From NCBI GenBank assembly GCA_040954595.2, contig CM082597.2, positions 124,001-188,000 of the forward strand: a DNA stretch of 64,000 nucleotides, given 5' to 3'. The notes under the pieces were generated by a model, which saw only the letters and a program-made list of their open reading frames with translations, did no database searches and had not been told where the DNA came from. Source of the DNA: Balanoglossus misakiensis. Taxonomy: Eukaryota > Animalia > Hemichordata. The position numbers were made by a program, and so were the translations under genes. Below are positions 38,042-50,161 of the stretch, one piece after another (positions within the stretch are counted from its first letter, which is position 1; each line of letters starts with the position of its first letter).

Positions 38042-38774
38042 AGACTCGACATGTGATGGATTACAAGCGAAAAATTTAACGTGCTCGACTTGACCTTTGA
38101 CACTAAAAGCAGCCTTACAACATCTTGGTTGTAAGTGTATCGTTACACCAGACCGAAGAATAAAGATCGATAGTTAAACCAATATTTCTTGTCTATACGC
38201 CCGACTAAATGTAGCCAGTAAATGATGTATTGAAACAGAATAACGACCATATTTTATTGACAATCACGAAGGGATGGTGATGTTAAATGGACGATTCGGA
38301 ACCTCGATCTAGGCTGTACTCGATCAGTGCGCGAAGCATAGGGTGCTTATTTTATACGGCAGGGGTGTTATTTCTTGACAAGCGAGGGAAAGTGCATACA
38401 TATAATATTTAAAGAAAACTTATACCCAAGATAATCGATTTTGATTTATTAGATATATTTCTTAACTGTTGATGTTAGAATGAATATTATTTGTGAAGAA
38501 AAATCTATTTCTTCTTCAAAACACCGCTGTGATGTATAATGGTATCGTCTTTTCACGGTTCTTAGTCTCGTAACTCTCGCGAGTGTTGTGTTCCGTGGAC
38601 GTGATTGTCATGGCGACTGTGACTGTAAGCGTAAATAGATCCGTTCCATAGCTCTAACCCAGTACAGGGAAGGCAGTAAATATATTGTTGTCCGCCCAGA
38701 AACAAGCCCAGGATATTCGTTTAGTGTCAACTGAAGGAGTATAACTTTGAAACAGGTTTTCTATAACATTAACT
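38042..38774. promoter_or_regulatory. Divergent promoter region MRPL39/CFAP45 with an RFX X-box-like site
   Basis: ATTGTCATGGCGAC at 38604-38617 resembles the X-box (GTTGCCATGGCAAC) typical of ciliary genes; TCTCGCGAG at 38575-38583; about 730 bp between the ATGs. Confidence 0.55.
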
Positions 38775-41700
38775 ATGGTATGTATGCTGTTTTATCGTTT
38801 TGATGTGTGACACTTTTCCTGTAAAAATGAATTTTCAGTAGATTGTTAGTGATCGGGTTGACATGAACATTGAAATCTACATTTGGATGTGCAACTTGAA
38901 CTGGATTACCAACTTACAGAAATTGAAATACAGCGAAATCTACTACTGGGATTTTATCGTCAAGTAAAGAGATCAGATCTGCTTTGAAATTCCACAATAA
39001 TTCGAAAAGAAAGCAAAAATCGAGAAATCATCGACCATCAAAATATCCAACATGGCGACACATACACAAGTACATGTACATAGGTTTGTTTATGCGCGCC
39101 GCCTCTTCTATCTGTTCATGTGTTTGAAGTGATTGCTAAGATCATAAAATGGCTTCAATAATATAAGATAGAGAAAAACTGTCCATATGATGATGATGCA
39201 CATTTCCCCACAAATTTGCAATAACCACGACCGAGATGATTATATACGATGTAGACGTCATTTGTTGTTGATGGTAACCTAGCTGCAGTTCAGTAGCTAG
39301 CTCTAGGTTTTGATTGTGTTTTAGACAGCAAATGAGTGTTTAATAAAATTGTCATAAACTGCATTGGCACTGTAACACTAAACTATTTTTCTCTCTCTTA
39401 AATTTACATTTTAGCCTCGCAGTGTAGTTTCTACAGGCAGTTCCTCAGGAGGATCATCTGCATCTCGTCGTGCAAGAACACGACAATATTACACCGTAAA
39501 CAGAACATCGGATGTTGATGAATCTTTGTTTGGTTCGCCACACAAAGATACACTGATAAAACAAAGACAAGACAAAGAAGCAACAGCAGAACAGACAACG
39601 ACAAAACCAGCATCTGGTAGAGGATCAACTCGGGGAAAACAAAAGAAGAAGGAAGAAGTTCAAGTTATCACAAAGGATCTTATTCGGAAATTAATGTAAG
39701 TTTTTGTGTTTGTGTTATTGAATTAAATTAATGAATCAATCAAAATTGATATCTATAATTTTACTGCAGTCATTGCTTTATATATTTATAGCGTGATGTT
39801 CCAAATATTATATTTTCTCTTCTGGCATTTGTTATCTTATATAGCGTCCCAAGTGAGGATCCTTCAGGACAGTCTGTTATCTTGTCAAGACATGAATATG
39901 CAAGAATTGTAAATAGTTCCAGAATATTGACAGAAGAAGAACGCAATGCCATCTATGAAAAGTACAAGAGGGAGAAAGAGGCAGCACAGGTAAACACCTT
40001 TTTGTAATTGTTTTGTATTTACATGTACTTATGTTTCTATATATTTACCAGTTATTCAGTGTTTTTATAGTGTTTGATTTCTAACTGTACAAATTGACTT
40101 TCTATATACCAGGATGCTTACATAGAACGCAAGAAATTCATGCAAGATATGGACCGTAATAGGAAGAAAAATGAGAAGTTATCTGACTTGGATGAAGAGG
40201 CACAGAAACAAGCAGAATACCTGTTAGAAAAGGCTAGAGAACAAAGAGAAGAACAAGAAGATGAAATTAAACATTTAAATGAGGTAAGAGTATTATTCAA
40301 TGAAAAATATCTTCATCTTTAAAAGTTAACCTGCAGTTTTACCTTTTCACCATTATGGTTTAGTCCAAATCAACTGTTTTCGATAATAAAGTTGGACCTC
40401 TACATAGGTAAATAGAGTTAAGAGGATTAAGCAATTTGTTTTCATGGGATTGATTTGCAGCTTATCCTGAATGCCAAATGCCACGCCATCCGAGATGCTC
40501 AGATCTTAGAAAAGGGTCAAGTTTCGGGCGAAATGACAGATGAAGAGAAACGATTGGATCTGATGATGGAAGTTGACAGACAGAATGCTTTGAAGTTGCA
40601 AGAAGAAATTGAAAACAAACGCAGAGAAGAAAGACTGGTGGGCAAAGAGATTATTCTGCAGCAAATCTCCGAGAGAGAGGAAGAACGTCTTCTGGATCAA
40701 GAAAAACGAGACCAGGAGGCACAACAGATGCTGAGGTATCTTGAGAAACTACAAATGGAGGACTTAAAGGCATTAGAGAAGAAACACGAGCAGCAAATTG
40801 ATGCGCAGAAGGAGATATTGAGGGCCAATCAGGAGTCTGAGAAACAGCGACAACAGAAACTTGAACAACAGAAATTGGAAGAACACAAAGTGGTTGAATA
40901 CATGAAACAGAAAGCTGAAAGAGAGGCAGCATTTGAAGCCGAACAAGAAAGAAAGAGAATTGAAAAAGAAAAAGAAGTTGCCAGGTTGCGAGCAATGCAA
41001 GAGAGGGCCAAGGATTACCAAGCTGAGAAAGATGCACTGCGGGCCAAGAGGAACCAGGAACAACTGGAAAGAGAATGGAGGAAGAAGGAGAAGGAAGAAG
41101 CTTGGAAGAAAGCGGAGACAGAGCAAATGTTGAAAGATGCACGTGAAATCCAAGTGGCAAACAAAGAACACTTCTTAGCTGTTCAAGCGGCCAGAGAAAG
41201 AGCAGAATTTGAAAGAGTTTTGATGTAAGTAGACCTTAGTCATTTAAATAGTCATAACTGTGTCTTCCGAGTCTATGTGATTTGATGGTGATTAAGATTC
41301 ATTATTGAGAAACATAGAGGTGTACCCACCAATAAACTAGTCTTTCATTCATCCTTGAGCACTTATCTATAAACCTTTGTCTGACTTGACATTCGCAGGG
41401 CACAACGTGAACAAATGGATAAAGAAAAAGACGAAGAATTGAAGGTCCACTCAAGAAAGATGCATCACGCAGAGGATGTTCGCAAACAAATCCGAGAAAA
41501 GGAACAACTGAAGATTGCAGAAAGAAATTCCTTCTTTGAAGAAGGGATTAAACTGGATGAGGAAGCACGGGCGAGGAGAGCAAAATTGGATGACATCAAA
41601 ATGAAGAAATTAGCAGAGTTAAGGTGAGTTGAACATGAAGTCAGTTAGGATGACACTATATTTCCCAGATTTGATACAAAGTTATTCTAAGAGCTATTCA

Positions 41701-41896
41701 TCCATGCAAGTGGTGTTTGGCATCGCATTGAAATCATGATCATGACACAATACATGTAGGGACTACATTATTTCACAAAGGGCTCAATTCTTTCATTGTT
41801 TTGTTCCACAGAAATGCTGGTGTTCCCGAGAAATACTGTGCTGAAGTTGAACGAAGAATTAATGCTCCAAATGTGTCGCTGGTAACAACAAAATAA
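38775..41896 (+). CDS. CFAP45: Cilia- and flagella-associated protein 45 (CCDC19)
   Basis: Exon 1 codes only the ATG (38775-38777); then ~39415-39695, 39845-39989, 40113-40283, 40461-41224, 41399-41623, 41812-41896. Motifs 'SDVDESLFG', 'VITKDLIRKL', 'EQEDEIKHLNELILNAKCHAIRDAQILEK', 'EKDALRAKRNQEQLEREWR', 'AGVPEKYCAEVER'. Confidence 0.93.
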
Positions 41897-43582
41897 ACCT
41901 GAAAACCATTGATTGCAGATATTTGGACTTCATTTAATTTTGAATTTCTATAATTAAACTGTGGAAAACTGTCCTGGGTTATTGACCTATGATCTATGAC
42001 CTATTGTTAATAAAATGTTTATACTGTATATATAGGCCAGGGTTATTGTTTGTGCTGTATTTTAGAAAACATTCTCCATTTCATTTGATTGTGAATTCAA
42101 AGGCTTTACAGGATATATCCAATCTTGCTGTACAAACCTAATATTTTGAATATTTCATTTTGATATTTGATAGTTTCAAGCATTAACTGTCTTACAGGAT
42201 CGTTTCTGAATTTAAGTAAGACCCAAGTTTGTGTTTTGTGAAAATCTTTGGTAGAAGACTGTCAACTCACCTCTTATCATGGAAATCTATACACCACTGT
42301 ACATATTGTTATAGCATTTGCCGTTTCAACGTTGGATTATTCGACACCAATTTACGAATTTAACCAAACCATCTGTGACTGGTGATTTTTGTTATGTTAA
42401 ACTGCAAAAAATTAAAATTGGTTACAATTAAAATATGTTGATTTTTATTTGTTGTGTGAATGAAGTTTTCTACTCTTAACTACAGACAGCTCTGCACATC
42501 ACCCTTGGCCATCTTCCTTTTACATTCAATAAAGTTGCTTCAATTGAACATTTCTGGATTTCAGTGTATCCTTGCTAGCTAAATGATTGTGTGGCAACAA
42601 TATTGCTCACTGCTTCAGTCTGGGCTGGTGGGGGACTGTGGACTAGACGCCCCAGCCCTGGGTGACACAACGCCAAGTTCGGATGGTATGCCAAAGCTGT
42701 ACAGAGTGATGCCGAAAACAGACTGCGGCCAGAAGTCAAGCAAGGGACTCTCTTACATAACTGACACTAGGGGGCGACATAACAAAATTTTCATGTCATG
42801 TAACATGTAATGCATTCCAGTAATAAGAACCTGAATACAGTGAACAATTATACTAAAACACTTAACAAGACACAAGTTTTACTAAACATAGAAAATATTT
42901 TATTACATCTTAGCTTTATAAAAGTGAAAAATTGCTTACGTTAGGTGAATCCACAAATATGTACATGATCTTGTAGTATATTATTGAAATTTACAAAATA
43001 TGAAAAATGTAGTAAATGTACAAAATATTCAAACTTAAAATAAACTTACATATGGCTATTGATACGCCAAGAACTAGTAAGTGCAATTATTATATTGACT
43101 GTAATGTCAATCAATAAATGTTTTAGCAATTGATTTTTCTTCACTTTGATAAGATTAATTTGAATATCCTATATACCAGTTAACCCAATAAATTGTCAAG
43201 CCACAGAAATAAGTGTTGACCCTGACAACAGTTTTTACCCATAGGCATTGAAATTAAATGTGTTCTTTTGCACTACTAAAATTTGGCACAAGTTCAAAAC
43301 TAACAAATATGAAGAAACGGATACCAAGCTTCAAATTGGTGGAAATAACTCCCCATTTATCCAAACAATGTCTTTCTGTGTTGTAGACATTACCCTGTTT
43401 CAAAGAAAACAATTAGTGTTGTTCTGGTCACTGCTTGTACACATTGTGCAGTTATGACCCCCCTCCCCCAGAGAAAAAAAACTTGAATTTGTTCTGACAC
43501 GAGGAGTAATTTTGATTATTAAAGCATACAAGAATCTCAAGGAGTTGTTACACAGCAGAGGGAGCAAGTTCTGTTTGAGTCG

Positions 43583-43658
43583 GTTGATCGCCCCCAACGG
43601 TAGATTCATCAAATTCTGAATCTGTTGATCGCCCCCAACGGTAGATTCATCAAATTCT
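43583..43658. repeat. Perfect 35-bp direct repeat (period 41) at the stop codon of Ig paralog A
   Basis: GTTGATCGCCCCCAACGGTAGATTCATCAAATTCT at 43583-43617 and 43624-43658. Confidence 0.9.
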
Positions 43659-46600
43659 ATCTTCGTCGTCTCTCATCATTGTCATCTTCCTCTCTTGATC
43701 GTTGTTGTTCTGATGATCTTCTTGGAGGTTCGGAATGACTTCTGGAATGATCTTCATCTCTGTCTCTTCTTCTTCTTGATCTTCTCTTCTCAGGCTTGGC
43801 GTAATCGTCATCACGATCGCGACGTCTCCGTGACTCCGATCGTGATCTTCGACTACGCCCTCTATCACCATGCCTACTACTCTCCCTACGACGTTCATCA
43901 TCATCATCATCATCACGACGACTACCGTGGCGACGATGATGACGGCGATGACGACGTTTCTCTTCATGGACTTCGTCATAGATGTTGCCACCATTTTCTT
44001 CACCATGATTTCGCGACGTCGTTTCTTTTTGGAGTGGAGGCAACGATCGATCTAAGGGCATATTTCCCAAATAAGGCGAGACTTCATTGTGTCTCCCTTT
44101 GTGACTTCGATGTCGACTTTTGCGACCATCACGCTTGATGATGTAATAATCATACTTGTTATCCCGACCGTATGGTGTTACAGTTTCATTGGCACTGCCA
44201 ACTTGGGCCGACACTGTTGCCTGTTCCACTTCTTTCCCTGCAGCAATTTTCTGAAGTTCTTCTTCTTCTGGTGAAAAAAAGTAAAGGTTGAGATAGACGT
44301 TAGTATTGCCATATAGCTACGTTTGTAACGTCTGACTGTGTTTTACCCTTCATCCGTGATATTTTCATGGGTTTTCATGTGACCACCTGATGACGTGTTG
44401 TAACCCACACACTACAAACTTAGCAACAACCCAGAGTATATGTGACTAACCTTCTTTCTGTCGTCGCTTTTTCCAAACACAGTATATGATGATGGCGATT
44501 ATAATCATGGCCACAATGATAGCAGCCACAAAGGCAACGACCACAGCTAGTAATGTGTAACTCAATCCAAAGAGAGTGGGCTCTGAAATGAAGAAATGCA
44601 ACCAAGTTACTATGGGATAAGTTTTTAACATTCATGCCTAGCTACTTTATCCAATATCGATATCCATGGTGTTAAGTGTCAGACAACCTGTTTGTGTGTC
44701 TGTCGTCATTCGTTCGTTCGTTCGTTCATTCATTCTATTTTACAATGCCAACTTATCAATCGAGAATATTGAAATAATTGATATGCAGGCTTACCGAGTA
44801 TCCTTATGCTAGCAATGGCCATTTGAGCGTCGACTGGACTGACAGCTAAGCAACTAATCTGTCCATTGTCCATACTCTTCACGGCACGTAATATATGCAA
44901 AGTTGATATTGATCCTGTTTCTATGGTGAATTCTTCGTCCATTTCTGTGATTTCTGAATTATCATGCATCCACGTGAATCCTATAACATCCGGGTTATCA
45001 TCAATGGCTGTTGCGTTACATGTCACTGTAGCACTATCATCTTCCTCAACTTCAATCAATTCTGGGAAAATGTCGACTCTTATACGCTGCATCACTGAAT
45101 GAAAAATAAAATAAAATGGATGTTTATTTGGTGGCAATTGAACTCAGCATAATTTGAAACAAACGGGTCAAAGGACAAAATTTAAAGATATGTCACATGA
45201 TCAGAAAAGGTACTTACAGTTGACACTCAAAGGACCAACTTGGCACATTTTGGTTTCTGTGTTAGTCACGTGACTTGAAATGCATTGGAAGACAGCGCCG
45301 TTATCTTCTCGTCCGAGAATCATGTCTCTATCGACGCGTACTTGTCCACCACCTGTTGATTCCATGGTAACACCAGTGAGCGTGATTCCTGTCGATGTCT
45401 GCCATTCTAAGGTAGCTGGAGGGTCGCCATAATTAGATTGACAAATCAACGTCACATTATCGCCTTCGCTGAGTTGACCGTCTGGTACAAGATCACATTC
45501 CGGGTATTCTTCACCAGGAGCTATCGCAGCTGAGAAAACAAAGAAGTGACTTTTAGACATATGGAAGCGTAATGTTGCATCAACAAACAGGAGGACATCT
45601 CAGTAGATACCAGTCGTGAGTCGAAGAAAGATGACTGAAGAAACTTACCTATTACAGTTAGCTGTGCGCTGGAAGACCACACCTGTCCTTGCTGGCCATC
45701 TTCAGTCAAATGACACGAATACTGACCAGCATCGCTGTACTGAAGGTTGCTTATTTGTAGAATGTATTCTCCATTATCTTGATTACCAATTATAGAATAC
45801 CTATGGTGTTGACACATAATGAAAATATGTATGATTTTAACTGGCTTAGGGTTGAATGCACCTAGAAATCAAAGTCTTAAACTAAATTACTTGTTTTAAA
45901 ATGCTGCCGGACTTGACTACTGGGAAGATGACAGACTACAACACTGAATCAATCATAAAGTCGACGTAATGTTACCTTTCAGAGAAAGTGGCCACCACGC
46001 TGGTTTCTGTGCTGATCTTTACAAGATTTTGATTGGCGTCTTGACGATACCACTCTAAAGATCCAACTTTATTTCTGGCAACACACTGCATCGTTATTGT
46101 ATCACTTTGTTTTTCTTCGCGTGAACTTGGAGTTTGTGAAAATGTTTGTCCTAGGGAAAGAAACAACAAAAATAAAATACTCGTTAGTGTTCTCATCCAT
46201 ATCATACATGTACGTACATCACCACCTCCACCACCACCATAACCACAACTGATGAATATAAACTTACTTAGAATTACTTCAATGACGGCAGACCGAGACA
46301 CCAAGTTGGAGGAGGTTCCTGCTGCGGTGACAGAGCATCTGTATGTACCCGCTTCTTCCGAAGTGACAATTTTTATGACTAAATTATATTCCACACCAGG
46401 ATTGGTCGGTGCTTGTACTTCATAGATGTCACCAGATACATCATTATTCAGAATATAGTCACTATTTAATGGTACACCATCTTTCTGCCAAATAACGACC
46501 CCTTCCTTGTCACTGACAGAGCATTGTAAGGTATGTGCGTTGCCTTCTAAAATACTCACACCAGACGGTTCCACCAAAAATGACTGCTGACCGAATGCTG

Positions 46601-46836
46601 AAAAATAATGTCGAGTACATATTTATTTATAAGCAACAAATCCATCAATACGCAAATTATGTGACAGCATCGAGGGAAAATTGTTTCAACATAATCTATG
46701 ATTGGTAAGGCGGTCTTGTTGATATCTGAAAAGCAACTATTTTAAAGATAATGATGACTGTTTAATAATGCTCACCGTTGTGAAACCTGGCAAAGAGGAG
46801 AACGCACAGCAAACACCAACGACAAATCGCCGTCAT
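43657..46836 (-). CDS. Ig-superfamily receptor paralog A: signal peptide, 4 Ig (V, split V, C2, I), TM, Arg/Ser/Asp-rich tail (Kirre/nephrin/CADM-like ectodomain)
   Basis: Exons ~46836-46776 (MTAICRWCLLCVLLFARF), 46597-46268, 46151-45975, 45800-45648, 45529-45217, 45094-44775, 44583-44451, 44267-43657. Canonical Ig Cys/Trp (LQC..VIWQKDG..YNLVI..GTYRC; LICQSNYGDPPATLEW); TM 'LLAVVVAFVAAIIVAMIIIAIIIYCVWKKRR'. Confidence 0.85.
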
Positions 46837-49800
46837 GTTTTCTGTAAATGACTTCTGAAAAATATAAAGATGGAAAGCAAAACTAATTAATGAAACATTA
46901 TTATCTACAGTAAACTGCTTGGTAGTGAATCGCCTTCACGCGACTGAATGATAAGTACCATGGGTCAACTTGCAAGATCAAAGGTCGCGTTATAGAGGGA
47001 GCCATTGAGAAGGCAGGTAACAATAAAAGATGGCGGCGGTGAAAGTGGTTTCTGTAGTATTTGCAACCAACCTATAATCGCTGTGTTTTATCTATCTTTA
47101 TAACACTAGTACTTCAGATCAAATAACAGAGAAAATTCAATAGTAATAATAGCAGTAAATGACGCGATTTCAACAATTTGCTGAAATATATGCAACTGAC
47201 ATATACGTACATGACTTCTACTCAAAAGATGTAGTATAGACATTAGTGACAGGGCGACGATCGCCTGACGTCGCAGAATAAAAATACATGAAAATACGAA
47301 ATAAAAAATATGTAATAAAATGCTTACCTGCCAAATCTCAGAGTAGGTTTCGATGACTGGCCAAGATAGTCCTTTTGTGGTGCTTCAATAATCAATTTTT
47401 TTTAAATGTCCATTGTACTAATTTTCATTGTCTTCCAATTTAGATCTTGTTAACTATCGATTTTGGTCAGCTCAAATCTAGTTCGGTTACAGATTGGCTG
47501 ATGTGGTTACAAAGATGTCGATGTGGTATGTTCTTCAAAATGATCAGCCACAACGCACGTACGAGACGGACTCGGGGCTTACTGACTAGCGCTAGCGTCA
47601 CATCCCATAACATACACAAGCGTAGCAACCGTAGTGAAGGCAATTAAACCATGTCCTTTAAAAACTGCACATGCGTAGTTATCCCTGCTGTTCAGTTAAG
47701 CGTAGCATGGAATGCCTGGCGCTTGGTTACAAAAGACAGCGATGAAAACCATTTAAATGGTAAACTAAAGGCATTGTCCATGTGTAAATACATACCACTC
47801 CTGCCAATGCTGTATTTTCTAACTGTTTTCTAACTGTTAGCCATCTTGTCTCGGAAGATAGGCATAACAATGAGATCTTAGAAGTTCATGAGAATTCCCG
47901 ACTTGTATGCGAGTCATTGGCAGATATTCGCCAATAGAAGAGAAATTAGGATGTGTAAATAAATATAGAAATGTCCCGTGGGAGTTTGAGTTGAGTTTGA
48001 GTTGTGCTAAAAGAACATAGTGTAGAAACACAATGCAAACTCTTAAGAACATGTGATTCCCGCCATGCAACGCGTTGATATTTACTGTACATGTATACCG
48101 ATCATGACTTCTGTCCGATTTGAAAGCTTCCCGTGAAGCAAGATGAACGAACGTGAAAATGTAAATATAATTGTTGATGTAGTAGTCTCCATGGATCATA
48201 TATTAAAAATTGACCCACAGAACGAATCAATGATACACGGAAAATCGCATTTAATAATAAAGTTCACAATCGATATAACCACAATGCCTGGGGAAAGCCT
48301 GTGGCATTCCAAAGTTTATCGTTTTCTATTCAATTTCATGGTGTTTTCCTACAATTCTGTTTGATACAGGGACTACGAAGCTGAAGGTTATATCTATCGA
48401 TCGGAGCCATTCGTCGCAAGGCCTTCATCTTATTCTCGTTGTTTATTAATGATGAACCATTCTAATTTTAGAGGTGTTTTTGAAAAGAAGCGTTGCTTAT
48501 TGACATGCTTTCGGGAAATCTTTGATCGAGATGCTGTCACTTTTACACCATTGAATCCAAGCTGATTTCAACAGAGGTTAAAGACATCGAACGGCCATTG
48601 CTCCACACTAAGTAAATGGTTGCTTTACGACACCACAAACAAACCCTGCATTGAGCAACTATTGTATGCTCGCATTAACAGCATTTACATATGAATAAAT
48701 GCCAACCTTTGTGTTTTGAATGACTAGTCGTAAAGAATAGCGGGCCGACCTGACGATCAATTGGTGTAGGACCTCTTCACAAAGGGGAAAGCAATTAACT
48801 AACTCTCAGAAACGTCCAACTTGATTGGTAAACAACTCAAGTAAATACAATCGATAGTGCTTAGCACAGGTATATACACAACCAATGTATGAAGGCGACG
48901 CATGCGACAATAACGAGAGCATCAATTCATTTCTTACGTCTGGCGCATGCGTACAGATAAGATCTTACCTGGATAGAATTCTATTTTGACACTTGCCAAC
49001 CGTTGTCATGGGCTTGTGTGTTTCTAATTGTAACCGGAAGTCGATCACTCTTTTCTACTAGAAGCCACAGTGGCAGATACATCCCCACCCAGAGATCACA
49101 GTCGCTGACAAGACAACCCCAAGATGTTGATTTCGTTTGCCATCGACACTGTGGAAATAAAAAAGTGAAAGTGTTGTTAGGCATTGAAGAACAAGGCTTC
49201 GCAGTAAATTGCCAGTGTTAAACAAGACACCAGCATCGGTCCGGGGTTAGCGAAACTATCAAAAGAAATTAAGAAGATAAATCAGTCAGAGGAATTGAAA
49301 GGTAAGGTTGAATCTCCTCTTCTTGATATCAATGTGAACATTCCAAATGGAAAAGAAAAACCTGCGAGAAATACAGTCTCCCAGTGTGTTATGGCCCGTC
49401 ACACAGAGGAAAGCATGTCATTAATTGACCACCTATTGTACACATTAGATGATACTTTCACTTATTGTCATTGAGACACACAAAACAGTTTGCGACGTTT
49501 GCAGTTTGTCACAGTATTGTCACCACTCTGTGTACAGACAGGAAAATGATTTTATGCCTCTGACTTAATATGTACGTGTTTCCTGTGGTCGGCGCCATTT
49601 TGACTGCTAACGGCAACAACTACGTTCAGATTACACTACTCGCGTGGTTTACGGGTAACTGTGTTCATACTGGCTTGCAAGAGGACTGAATATTTACATA
49701 ACATCTTACTTAAGTGTCGATTTGGGGAGTGAGACTGGTACAGTTAGGTTTGTCATGTTTATAGCTCTTGGATGTATGCTGGTTACAATGAGCGTTTGAA

Positions 49801-50161
49801 TGTTTGATTATTTATCACGAAGTTTGGCAATTATCAGAAAACAACTGCTAAATGGTAGGTATTTGAATTTTATCTTCAGAGCCATGGCAGTACAAGTTTC
49901 AAAATTACGTCATAAAATTAATGACAATTGAAAATAAATTTTAAATAAATGTGTCAACAAACTATTTCCGGTGGCTCGACAAAAACTGAAATCAATGATG
50001 CATTTTCTGCCACAAGAAACTTTGTGGTACTAAGAAACAGTCCATGGTCTAGAGAATGACTGTCACACCGAAGATATCCCACACTTGACCAGTATATGCA
50101 GCTAAAACGTGTCCATAATTTTAATTTTCAGGCACAAGACTCGTTGGAGTCCCCAGAGGAT

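Noticed and set aside
40506-41171. Hydrophobic antisense ORFs resembling membrane proteins
   Set aside because: Reverse complement of the Glu/Lys-rich CFAP45 coiled-coil exon.
43583-43658. CRISPR-like repeat
   Set aside because: Only two copies with a 6-bp gap, eukaryotic context and no cas genes.
43650-44274. Overlapping alternative-frame and antisense ORFs (poly-His, poly-Met, poly-Ile) over Ig tail exons, also at 56011-56553
   Set aside because: Shadows of GAT/CGA-rich low-complexity coding sequence; only the RS/RD frame is in phase with the TM exon.
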